A stretch of DNA of 64,000 nucleotides from Psammoneis japonica. Taxonomy: Eukaryota. Position 1 is the first letter of the stretch. Every line of letters begins with the position of its first letter. The translations under genes and the position numbers were made by a program. The notes under the pieces are model-generated. The model ran no database searches and was not told where the DNA came from. It worked only from the letters and a program-made list of their open reading frames with translations. Shown one piece after another: positions 51,501 through 62,475 of this stretch. Location of the stretch: positions 1 to 64,000 of the forward strand of contig QPGO01000286.1 of the NCBI GenBank assembly GCA_008632985.1. The letters run 5' to 3'.

Positions 51501-54025
51501 AAGAGAAAGTTGCAATTAGCACTGCAGAGCTGAATGTTGCACATGGGATTCAACGGATGTGACGCAGGTGTGCATGTGTCCTGTTAAAAAATCGATTAAA
51601 AATAGATAAACCGGATCTGAAAATCTTGTGTAAAAACGAGAATGACCCTCACCGAATTTTTAACGCGAAAAACGACACGGCCATGGCGATAAAAGCCGCT
51701 CGCGTTGCTCCCACACTGTTCCATGCTACAAAACCAAGGCATGAATCGACCCGTCTTGTTGATCAGACATTGAAATACAACAACCTGGATCATCCACAAC
51801 AAACTTGGTGCTCAAATCGAGTGCGCACTCTTGACACCAAAAATGACGCCCTGCAGAGACCCACACAAATTCTGCACAAAAATGAAATCACCAATCAACA
51901 ACCCTGTTACAAACGGCAACTGGCAACGCCACACATGCCACCTCAGCAATCCACCAACACATCACGAGGTGTGTCAGACAATGAAGGACATGCCCACATC
52001 AATGAAAGTGCCACACCACACAAATGGCGACAACAGTGAGCGGGTCATTGTCGATGATGCATGTTTGTGCGACTCCGATGGCCACGGATTGAGAATTTCA
52101 CGCTGTGGGGGTAAAAGCGAAGACACACAGGCAGACGAAAAATGCATGACCTTTGGTCATGCATGTCTGCTTCTACTCACACAAACACACATGTGCGTGA
52201 TGAGTCTGGCGGTCCTGACCGTCAACAGAAATCTTGCAGTCTCACTCTCTTTTGCGAGTGACTCTGAAATCTAGCCACTGTCTGGTAGAGCTGCCAGCAG
52301 AGAGCAGTGCAGCTACGACACTTCTGCCTCAAAGCAGCTGGCAGCTTCCACTCTAGAGAGTGGAGAGCAGTGACCATTCTCCACTCTCTGCTCTCTGCTG
52401 GCAAGAGCAGCCAGGGAGCAGAGCTCTGCGCCTCTCCACTGGAGCAGAGAGCCAATCATGTTGGAGAGGCTCCAATGTTCCTTTGCAGGTGACACTTGGA
52501 CTCGGCTCATAAAATTCATTCCACGTGCTTTTTGTCCCACCACAAGAGTGTTTCTGAGTCAAAGTTGACTGTTCCTTTTTTTTCTCAGACCAATTTCTGT
52601 CCTGAGACAAGGTGAGCTTGACTGAAGTTGCTTGATTTGTTGTCAGAGTCAACGAGACACACAACAAAGTGGCACAGCCTGAAATGGAAAGCAAGATGCA
52701 ACTGGCATGTCTAAACAGCATCAAGAGGGTGCAAGTGTGGGGTCATGAGACATGGTGCCTCTGTTCCAAACTCAATTTGTGTTGGCCTCTGGTTCATGTG
52801 TGCTTGCATCATGTGCAAAATGGTGTTTCCCGAGTGCGCATTTTGATCATCCGACCCAAGTGGGCACTTTGGTTGGTGTGCAAATTTGTTGACAAAGTTG
52901 ATTTTGCTTCCAAAAATTTGGCAAAAAACAATGTGGTTGGTCTGCAACAAATTGGTCAACCAAAGTGTTTTGGATTGACCAAAATGCCTGATTTGGTCAA
53001 CCAAAATGCACACTCGGGAAACACCAACAAACCAGGTGTGAAGCCAGCAATGTCTGAGCCTGTGAAGCCACAGCAGTGGCAACACACAGCACACTGAGGG
53101 GGGCCATGTCCAGAGCTGCATGGAACTTCTTCAGATGAAACAGCACGGGGTTTGACCAGCCCACCATTGTGCTGTTGGTCAGTCGTTCAACCCCGCATCC
53201 TTGGAGTGCTGCACATCTGTGTGGGGGTTGGCACCACACAGCACATGTGGAACATGTGCCAACTGCTGCTGCTTGTTCTCTCACAGCACTCACAGCATTT
53301 TTGTGCATTGTCCTCATCATCTTAACTGGGGGTTGTCATTTGAGTTTGGGTGTAAAAACTGATGGTGCAGCTGCACCCCCTGACATGAGCTTGGTTTTTC
53401 CCACATGTGGCACAAACATGCAGCCACTCAGCATCAATGTGAGAGTGCTGTTGTGAAATGAAGAGCAGTTTGTGACTTTGGCTGACACCTGAGACATGAA
53501 ATCTTATGACAACATTGCCAAAATGGCAAAACCTTTGGTCATTTGTGCAAGTGCAGAGGGATGCCCAAATTTGGAGCTGCTCAAATCACATGAACCCGGG
53601 CTTTGGTTTTGAGGATCTGTGATGAACAACATCATGGACAACCTCTGGCTGCAGCAGAAGCAATGTCAATCGGGGTTTTTTGCCAGATTGTGAGTTGATT
53701 CAAACTGGTTGAAAAGGAAAAGGCGGCTCACTGCGCTGTTGAAGCAGCACATGACTGGAAAGAAAGAGATTGCCAAAACATGAGGGGCCCTCAAAACAGA
53801 CTCTTTCAAAGAACGAGCACTTGCACTCACCAAAGCGGAGCTTTGCCTGCTCTTTGAAAGGTTTTCTGATGGCAGCAGGAGCCCTTGGAGGAACGCAAAT
53901 GGCAAAAAAAAAGCTTCGCTGGCTTCAAAACAAACACATGAAGAGTCATGAGCTCAGCACCATGAGCTGCTTTCCAAAAATCACATTCTTGAGCACCTGC
54001 ACACCCCAACTCCACAGTGAAAGGA

Positions 54026-54244
54026 TCGCAGCCAAGACTCTAAGCCAAGCAAGGAGAGGACCTCCTTGACTGGACCGAGAGTCACCGCGCGAATGCAGGA
54101 GCGAAATGGGTTGAAGGACGGACGACGGACGAGACGAGCGGAAACGAGGCCAGCCCAAGGGATCCCCTCATTGTCTGGCAGGATGGGAGACACCATGGCA
54201 CTGTCGGAGGCGTCTCCCAGGAGATGCCAACGATGAAAATCGAA
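54026..54244 (+). repeat. Split direct repeat A1
   Basis: 219 bp, near-identical to 61985-62203. Confidence 0.95.
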
Positions 54245-55170
54245 TGGTTTTTCTCTCTCTCCTGTCAGTCAATGCTGAAAATCCCTTGCGTGGTCTGCTT
54301 GCGCAGCCGGGAGTGTCTCGTGCATTGGTGCTGTTTGTTGCCACGCCATTTCGGCGCTGTCCTGTGGATGCACCTCCCCAATTTTTTTCACCACTGGTGC
54401 TGACTACAGTCACGCCATCTTGGCGCCATGTCACGTGGGCATTGCTCTAAATCCTGACTGGGTCCGCTTGTCAGCGTGGACCGCTTCGGCGGCCGAGGAT
54501 TGCCTCGCACTCTGGCCTGTTTGCCACACCTTTCAACGGTGCTTTCTCACAAGGAGCACATCCTCATGTGGACGGTCTCAGCACCATTAAAAGTCCCGCA
54601 TGGGCAAACAGTGGCATGGCTTTTCAATCCGCCTGCCGCTTTTTCCTGAACGCCCATGTTGGGCCCCTTTTCTTTTGCCGCTCTGCGGTTCATGGTCATT
54701 GCCTTTCCTCTCGGCGTGTCCAATTTTTCCCCTCTCCCAGGGACGTGGTGTGTTTAGACTTGTGCACCAGCACACTGCAGTGTCTGAATTGCCAGCTCTA
54801 TCTGGTCGACATCAATTGTGTGCACATGTGTACACTCCCGTGAGGGTTTAGTCAAAACGAAATTTGCCACCACGTTTCGGGGGTTTTTCGTCTTCTCGCG
54901 AAATGCGCGCCATCACGATGATGAATGGTGATGGAAACTGACCCGTCACATGGGAATGAAACTTGGATTTCTTTCTTATCTCCATTCATTGGACAAGTGT
55001 GGGAATCGTGAAGGGTTGCGTTCGCGGAACCGACACGGTGTCAGCCAACGCTTGTCCTTCTCGAGCAATTTCCACACGCTGGTGTCCTTCACTTTCCGGT
55101 GAGATTGCTCTCACTTTTCCTTTTTGCGATCGGACAAGCCTTTGGTTTTCTGCTGCTCTGTTGTTCCACC

Positions 55171-57449
55171 ATGAACCACGCCCACGCTGCTGCCATCAAC
55201 CGCGGTGAGCTCTCCGCTGCAAAGCGGCACTCCACCGCTTTGCCCTCCTCCACAGGTGCGATCAAGTCTGTCTCAACTGCTGTCCACCGTGACACCCAGA
55301 AGGAGCTGCGAGACCATGTCTTCACGACCTCTGACCTTTTCTACGCGGTCTGCAATCGCAAGATTGCGGTTGTGGCGAAACCTCGCCCCAGGCAGCATGC
55401 TGATGGGAATCTAAAGTGGATCGGGAGCCTCTCGGATACGATCGGCGAGGTCATCCCAATGTTTGGCAGTTGGACTCGTTTCCAAGGCCATGCAACCACT
55501 CTAGTCCCCCAGGGCACTGTGGATGCTCATCACCTGCCCAAGTGCGAACTCAGCCCTGACGAGATTGACGGTCCCGTTGGCAATGACGGCAACAACGTGC
55601 CGGCGTCGATGGGTCGTCTCCATTTTGGGAATCCTTCCGGACCGGCAGAGCGTCCCTCCATCGTCGCGCTCCCGATGTTCCTGCCAATCCCAATGGGTGT
55701 CACCCTTCCTGTTGACTTTGACCCAGCAGATCCCCCAGCATCCCTTGCCACTAACTTTCCGCTCGGAGTGGTTTGGGCTCAGGGTGTGTCCTGGTTGCTT
55801 CAGCACAACGCGTCTGTCTCTGTCACAGAAGGCGGCCCTGTGTTTGAGCAGAACGGTTTTGCCATTGTCGATGAGTTTGCAGGCCTTGAGATCCACAATC
55901 TCGACGACAATGATGCACAGATGCTCCAACCTCTGACGGATTGGTGTGCACCAGTCAAGACCACAATGGACGCCTTTGCAGATGAGACCTGGAGGCAACT
56001 CGGTGGAGAGCCCGCGCAGACACCAGCTCCCGCCGCCCCAGCCCAAGGCACCAACGGACAGGTTCCGAACCACACCATCAACATCCCGCACCAGGACTCG
56101 AAGAAGGAGTCAGACCAGAAGCTGAGGGCGCACGACATTGGCCACCGCTGGTCACTCTGTGCGTTCCGAGCGACTGCTGGCACAGGTCCGGAGGACCCGC
56201 CCATGATCATCGTGGGCGAGCTTACGGACCAAGCGGTCAAGATTCTGCAGGACACGTCGGCTGCCAATGCAAACCGTGACCTTGCGGATCTTGTTAAGAT
56301 GGCTGTTGTTGCATCAGCCCGTGGTGACAGTGGTCTAGACGCTGGGGTCGATTGCAAGTGCACCACAGTCAACAAGGCCACACGGACTGTTTCCGCGGCT
56401 TTAATGTGGTTGCGGAGCCCCCGCAGTGTGGCCAGGCTTCGGACCGTACGAAGCTGTCTGTCTTTCCCTTTCTTCCCCCGAAGACTGCATCATCTTCATT
56501 TGCTGGTCTCAAGGACGAAGGGAGGACACTCCATCGGGCACTTGCCAACGGCTCCGACTGCAAGATCCCCGATGACGCAAAGGCGAGTGACCTTTGCATC
56601 CAAGGAAGGATGGACACTGCCAGCGATCTGTGGTCAGCACTTTGCAACTTTCGCTGTGTCCTTGGATGTTGGATCAAGGACTTCGACAATGCGGAGCTGT
56701 GGAAGTCCCTGGATGCGTGCGCAAAGGTTCTCTGGTCGCACCCGGGCCATGCGTGGCTCAAGAATCTCGAGGACCCGAAACCAGTCGTCGCTGGCATCCT
56801 AGATGATTTCCAGACTGTTGTCAAAGTCTACTTTGAGATCGGAGACTCTCCCTTGTACCGTCAGGCGGTAGAAACCGAGCGTCCGCTGAGCTGCCAGACA
56901 GCAAAGGACGCTCGCACTCTGGTCAAGTCCCTCATTGTGGACCTCAACACCGCGATCACGCGGGGCAAGCCTCTGGCCTTTGCGGAGGCATCTACATTGG
57001 CCCTTGTCCCCCCAGGCAACTCTGTGTTTCCCTCTGCTGCTAGCGGAACGAAGGACAATGCGACCAAGTCTGGTCAACCTCCGAATGAGAAGCCGCGTAC
57101 AGGGGAAACAGATGAGAAAACCGCCGAGCTCTGCAAAGCGATGGGTGTGCTCAATTTTTCGGGCACGAAGCGGCTCCCGACCAGCCCCGTTTTCTACAAG
57201 AAGCGAGGATCAGATCAGGAGGAACGTGTCTGCATGTACTTTTGCACTGAGGGGCACTTCTGCAAGTTCCCCAACTGCCCGAAGCCCCACCCATCGTCTC
57301 TCTCCAAGATTCCGAGTGAAAAGAGGGATGCCTTTTGCCAATTTGTCAAAGACACCCCTGGACTCGATTTTGTCCCTGGCAAGGGCCCAGACGGTGCATC
57401 CCAATCAGGTTCAAAATTTTCTAGTCTATGCACTGTACCCTGTTGCTAA
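55171..57449 (+). pseudogene. gag-like ORF1 of the YR retrotransposon with C-terminal CCCH finger; frameshift near 56355
   Basis: Two overlapping protein-like ORFs; CMYFCTEGHFCKFPNCPKPH. Confidence 0.7.
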
Positions 57450-57529
57450 TGCAGTGTTGTCCAAAACTGTTTTGTTTTTACTCTTGATTAGTCTACGTTA
57501 TCCCGGATAGGTCCGTTCGTCTCATCGCA

Positions 57530-60418
57530 ATGGATGTCGACAACGACAGCGATCAGGAGTTCGAGGTGATCGATGCAGAAAAAGAAGAGACCGGAATGAG
57601 TGTCGATGATGCCATCCCAGCTATTGACGCTGCACTTGCCACGTCGGTGAAAGAGCCGCACCCGAGCCTACGCCGAGGTGCGGTCACGCCGCAGCCTCCC
57701 GTCGACGAGAATGAGCTGATTGAGCTATTCCCTACCTTCTCCATGGTCCATAAGAAGAAAGGGACCGATCTGATTCCTACAATCAATAACGGCTTCAACA
57801 AGAAGGCACGTGAGCACTTTGCCAATGCGGAACTGTCACCGGGCGTGCGTGCTAAACTGGACCAAAAATTCGGTAAGGAAAGCTTGAATCAATGTTTCTT
57901 GTTGGAAGCGTGTTTGCGTCATGTGTTGTCACCGCTGTTGAAATCCGGATACCTTTCGCCACCGGTTGATTGTGTGAGTGACTTGTCTGCCCAAATCGCC
58001 TTTGGGGGCGATTGGGAGAACTTCGGAGCGGCCATCCCGGAAGCAGCCGAGTTCATGAGTCTGGTCCAGGAACATGGCGACATCGACTTTAATCCTCTCC
58101 AAGGCTACCCCAAGGGATGGCAAAAGGAGACAACGGTCAATGCGGATAGAGCCGCGATGACAACTGCCGCGTTGTTGCATTTTGATGGCGACCCAGCAAA
58201 CCTGGTTCGCTGGGTTGGCGGACCGCACGTCAGTGAACACAGATGCACGCAGAAAATGCTCCGCTTTCTACAAGGTCGTGTGCCCGACGAGACAATGGCA
58301 CACGTTCGCCGCATCTTCCAAGACGGGGCGCCAGCGAAATGCAACACTGCTTTCTCTGAAGCAAACTTCCAAGCAGCTCTCAAGTGCGGAAACCACAAGA
58401 CCGTTGACGCTGCACCTGACAAAACATTGGCGGCAGTCGTCAAGGACAATCGCAAGGGTTTCACGCTGCTTTTTGACCAGCGTCTGGTGCCATGCTTGCT
58501 GAACTGCCATCTCACTCCTCAGGGGATGGTGGACCTTGACAAGAAATGCAAGAGTCCGTGCCCCATCTTCGACAGTGCGATGCGAGCGACTCCAGACGGT
58601 GTGGCAATCAACGACACGATGGACCTCAAGCACGAACCGCCGATCACGTTCCCATCAGCGGAAATGGACTTTATGGTGTGGACATGGAACATGAGAATGT
58701 CCTGCCCACATGAGGAGATCTGCCTCGGCGATGATGATGTGAGTGGCGCTTTCCGCAACATGAAGCACCACCCGAACCTCGTCGGGATGCATGCCAGCGT
58801 CCAGTGTGGACCAGGCGTCCCACAGACGGGTTGCACCTTCGGCGACAAGACCAACCCAAGCAACTGGGACGCCATTGCCAACGCAAGACAACATCTTGCT
58901 CAACACTTCTGGCTGGTGCCCAACATGGTGGAGCTCGCCCAGCAGTGTCTCCCATCGACATCATTCGCGGAACCTCCAACAGCTGAAGAGGTGGCGTCAT
59001 TCTGTCCTGCGGAAGCAGACGCTGTCAATCCGGGCGTGTTCCTAGACGGCAACCGTCTCCCACCAACATGCAAGCACCACATCGACGACAACTTCTACGG
59101 AGACACACGTGACTTGATGAAAAGAACAGTCGCTGCGAGCGCCCTGGCCGTGTGCATTGTGTTGGGCTTCCCACGCGATGAAACTCCGGATTTCCCAAGC
59201 AAAGAGAAACTGGACACACTGTGCTCGCATCTCCGACGAGCCCTGGGAAGGCACTTCAACTCAAGAGCACTGTCGGTGGGAATGCTCCCATACAAACGAG
59301 AACAGTTCCTTGAAACTTTGCAAGAATGGTGTGACAAACAACGGCACACACTGTTGGATGCAGCGAACCTGAATGGTCAATGTGAATTCCATGCGCGGTG
59401 TTGTCCATGGGCTCGGCCGAATTTTTTTGCACTCCAGAATTCCGTGCGGCGGGCTGTGGTCGTCCAATGCGCCGTTGTCAAACGAATCATGGAGCGACAA
59501 AATTTCAAATTAAATTTTGAAACTCAACTGCCGAGTCATCTCAGGAATGGGCTGCCGAGCTCACTTGCGCGCACACAAGCCCAGCTCCTCTGTGAGCTGA
59601 AGATCGAGATCCCGATGACATCCGATGTCATTGATGTGATGAAGGATGCAGCACCCTACATCGAATCGACGCCAGACCCATGGACAGCACCGATTGGATG
59701 TGTCATGCCGCGAGTGCCACATTGCCAAGCAATTGGAGACGCCAGTGACGCAGGCGGAGGAGCCCACTGCGCGGAACTCAAATTTTGGTTCGCATTTCTT
59801 TGGGGACCAAAAATGGCGAAAGGGCTCCGGCTGAGGAAGGCCTCCGACCCAGAGTGTGTCCATGTCAACACAGCAGAGTTTGTTGTCATCACACTCAAGC
59901 TGGCAGCTGCAATTGTCCGCATGGAGACTGTGACCCGAGAACGGGCCCATGAGTTCTTCCGGAACGGCGTCGTCCCGCTGCACCTGGTTGTCAGGAGTCG
60001 TTCAGACAACATGGTGTCGGTCAACCGGTCCAACAAAGCAACGTCAAAGTCGCCACAGGGGCAACGATTTGTTTGGGTCTTCTGCAAATTGCTCCGCCGT
60101 GCTCGTGCCAACTTCAACGGTGATCACATCTTTGGCGACGAAAATTTTGTTGCCGACGACATCTCACGACCTTCTGTTTTTGCCTTGATCTTGCATCGCA
60201 CCCATTCTGAACAGCTGTTTCGGAAGTGTCCCTTTCTGAAGACCTGGGACTGTTTCCAGCCGAGTCAAGAGCTGCTGCAGCTCCTCTCCTCACAGCTGTC
60301 TACCAAGCACAGAATGGCACCCCAGATCCCAAGCGACTTGGGACAGCTCGTTCCCGCAGAATCCATTTCCTCTGCTTTTACAAGAGTGCGAAGTGGCACC
60401 TGGGAGATCCGGAAATGA
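57530..60418 (+). CDS. Reverse transcriptase/RNase H (open frame, but YIDD reads HIDD)
   Basis: DDVSGAFR, TFG..NPSNW, HIDD; RNase H GDAS, HVNTAEF, SDN, HIFGDENFVADDISR. Confidence 0.9.
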   Translation: MDVDNDSDQEFEVIDAEKEETGMSVDDAIPAIDAALATSVKEPHPSLRRGAVTPQPPVDENELIELFPTFSMVHKKKGTDLIPTINNGFNKKAREHFANAELSPGVRAKLDQKFGKESLNQCFLLEACLRHVLSPLLKSGYLSPPVDCVSDLSAQIAFGGDWENFGAAIPEAAEFMSLVQEHGDIDFNPLQGYPKGWQKETTVNADRAAMTTAALLHFDGDPANLVRWVGGPHVSEHRCTQKMLRFLQGRVPDETMAHVRRIFQDGAPAKCNTAFSEANFQAALKCGNHKTVDAAPDKTLAAVVKDNRKGFTLLFDQRLVPCLLNCHLTPQGMVDLDKKCKSPCPIFDSAMRATPDGVAINDTMDLKHEPPITFPSAEMDFMVWTWNMRMSCPHEEICLGDDDVSGAFRNMKHHPNLVGMHASVQCGPGVPQTGCTFGDKTNPSNWDAIANARQHLAQHFWLVPNMVELAQQCLPSTSFAEPPTAEEVASFCPAEADAVNPGVFLDGNRLPPTCKHHIDDNFYGDTRDLMKRTVAASALAVCIVLGFPRDETPDFPSKEKLDTLCSHLRRALGRHFNSRALSVGMLPYKREQFLETLQEWCDKQRHTLLDAANLNGQCEFHARCCPWARPNFFALQNSVRRAVVVQCAVVKRIMERQNFKLNFETQLPSHLRNGLPSSLARTQAQLLCELKIEIPMTSDVIDVMKDAAPYIESTPDPWTAPIGCVMPRVPHCQAIGDASDAGGGAHCAELKFWFAFLWGPKMAKGLRLRKASDPECVHVNTAEFVVITLKLAAAIVRMETVTRERAHEFFRNGVVPLHLVVRSRSDNMVSVNRSNKATSKSPQGQRFVWVFCKLLRRARANFNGDHIFGDENFVADDISRPSVFALILHRTHSEQLFRKCPFLKTWDCFQPSQELLQLLSSQLSTKHRMAPQIPSDLGQLVPAESISSAFTRVRSGTWEIRK

Positions 60419-61467
60419 CTGTGATTGGCAAGGACCCAAAGTGCTGCCAACTGGTGCTAGCTGTGCATGCATTGCATCTAGCTAGCGGCTCCACTCTCTA
60501 CTGCAAGAACATCTCCTCAGGTGCCATCAAGGAATGCGTCCACGACGTGTCAACGTTCGTGTCTCTGTTTGGTTCCACGCATCGGGACGTCCGTAAAGAC
60601 AACAGCGTGGACACCAAGATGGGGTGGATCCTCAGGAGAGCATTTGATGAACTCCAACGGTGCGAGAAAGTCCCGGAACGGCGCGAGTCATGCACGTTGC
60701 TGATGCAGCAACGAGCGACGTTGACAGCAGACAGCATGCGAGAAACTGACCCGGACGCGATCGAGGTGGTCCTCGCTGACTGGTTTGAGATTGGGCCAAT
60801 GGCCGGCTTGCGAAGCATCGAATGGGCTCAATCCAATGAGCACTCAGACCTGGAGAACCCAAGGCTGAACATCTTTGAGGAGACCTGCGTGTTCTGCCTC
60901 GACGACGTCCGCTGCGAGACAAAAGACAAGCACCGACACACCGGAGCGGATTGTCTCATCCCCAAGCAAGAGGATGTCGAAAGCATGTGCATCATGTTCC
61001 GAGCTCAGAAGAACATGCACAATGGCGAGGAACGCCAGTTTGCTGTGAATCTCGATGGCAAGCACGACTTGGCAAAGCAGATGCTTCGCGTCATCCGACG
61101 TTTCGTGCAGGTCCGTGGCAAGGACGACAAGATCTGCCCCCTTGCTGTCTACTTCGATCCAAAGGAGGACAAGTGCCGTCTCGTCACGTCCAAGAAAATC
61201 AAGACCCACATGCATGGAATTGCCGCGGAAGTTTGCCACCTCGACCCGGTGAAAGATGAGAAAGCTCTCAGCAAATGGTCGGCTCACTCCCTCCATGTTG
61301 GAGCCTGTAATGTCCTTCACGAGATGAATTTTAGTGGCGAGCAGATTAAATGGCTGCTCAGATGGCGATCTGATGCCTTTGTGGCTTGTCTCCGCAACTG
61401 CCTGGGTCTTTCCCAGGCCCATTGTCGAGCTCTCGACAAGGCGGCACCCATGCCGTTTTTCGATTAA
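60226..61467 (+). CDS. Tyrosine recombinase overlapping the pol 3' end (open frame, catalytic residues altered)
   Basis: GLRSIEW, HSLHVGA (from HSLR), LRWRSDAFVACLRN (expected catalytic Tyr reads Cys). Confidence 0.9.
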   Translation: MSLSEDLGLFPAESRAAAAPLLTAVYQAQNGTPDPKRLGTARSRRIHFLCFYKSAKWHLGDPEMTVIGKDPKCCQLVLAVHALHLASGSTLYCKNISSGAIKECVHDVSTFVSLFGSTHRDVRKDNSVDTKMGWILRRAFDELQRCEKVPERRESCTLLMQQRATLTADSMRETDPDAIEVVLADWFEIGPMAGLRSIEWAQSNEHSDLENPRLNIFEETCVFCLDDVRCETKDKHRHTGADCLIPKQEDVESMCIMFRAQKNMHNGEERQFAVNLDGKHDLAKQMLRVIRRFVQVRGKDDKICPLAVYFDPKEDKCRLVTSKKIKTHMHGIAAEVCHLDPVKDEKALSKWSAHSLHVGACNVLHEMNFSGEQIKWLLRWRSDAFVACLRNCLGLSQAHCRALDKAAPMPFFD

Positions 61468-61734
61468 TCCATTCACACGGATTCAATGTGTCCCCTTTGT
61501 GTGTGTCCTCTCTGCGTGACATAAAATCGCACACTGTCGTCCTGTTGCACCCGAAATTTCAATTTTGAAATTCGAAATTTGATCCCAGCAACGGGATCGT
61601 ACACATGCATTCAGGAGGAACATTCGTCCCTCCATCGTGTCTGAAGAAAACAGATTTTTTTTTCCGGTTGGCTCTGCCTCCGATGACATGGGCGCGTTTG
61701 CAATGCTTTCAGCATTCCGCGTCGGCAGCATGGT

Positions 61735-62475
61735 CTGCACACAGTGAAAAAGGGAACCAATTGCTTGGCACTGGCGATTCCAAGCCCAGTCCCACATCCT
61801 AATTGCTTCACCCACTAGCGACTGTTTTCATCGTGGCAACAACATGAGTCTACACACGGATGTGAGCACTGCGCATGTTGTGGACGACACCAATGTGTTG
61901 CATCAACAGACAAGAGACGCTTCCACTGTGCCATGTCATCGGAGTGCAGACAGCCGAGGCGGAGGCAGGGAATCCGTGGGATTCTCGCAGCCAAGACTCT
62001 AAGCCAAGCAAGGAGAGGACCTCCTTGACTGGACCGAGAGTCACCGCGCGAATGTAGGAGCGAAATGGGTTGAAGGACGGATGACGGACGAGACGAGCGG
62101 AAACGAGGCCAGCCCAAGGGATCCCCTCATTGTCTGGCAGGATGGGAGACACCATGGCACTGTCGGAGGCGTCTCCTGGGAGATGCCAACGATGAAAATC
62201 GAAAACCCACCACTCCCTCCCCTGTGCACAGTGAAAAAGGGAACCAACCAACTGCTTGGCACTGGCGATTCCAAGCCTGGTCCCATGTCCCAATTGCTTC
62301 ACCCACTGGCGACTGTTTTCATCGTGGCAACAACATGAGTCTACACACGGATGTGAGTGCTGCGCATGTCACAGACGACACCAATGTGTTGCATCGATAG
62401 ACAAGAGACGCTTCCACTGTGCCATGTCATCGGAGTGCAGACAGCCGAGGCGGAGGCAGGGAATCCGTGGGATTC
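61735..62475 (+). repeat. Split direct repeats B1-A2-B2
   Basis: B1 (250 bp) and B2 (254 bp) flank A2. Confidence 0.95.

Larger units (their letters stand above)
54026..62475 (+). mobile_element. Complete tyrosine-recombinase retrotransposon (DIRS order, Ngaro/PAT-type split direct repeats)
   Basis: A1 54026-54244, gag, RT/RH, YR, then B1 61735-61984, A2 61985-62203, B2 62222-62475. No TSD. Confidence 0.93.
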
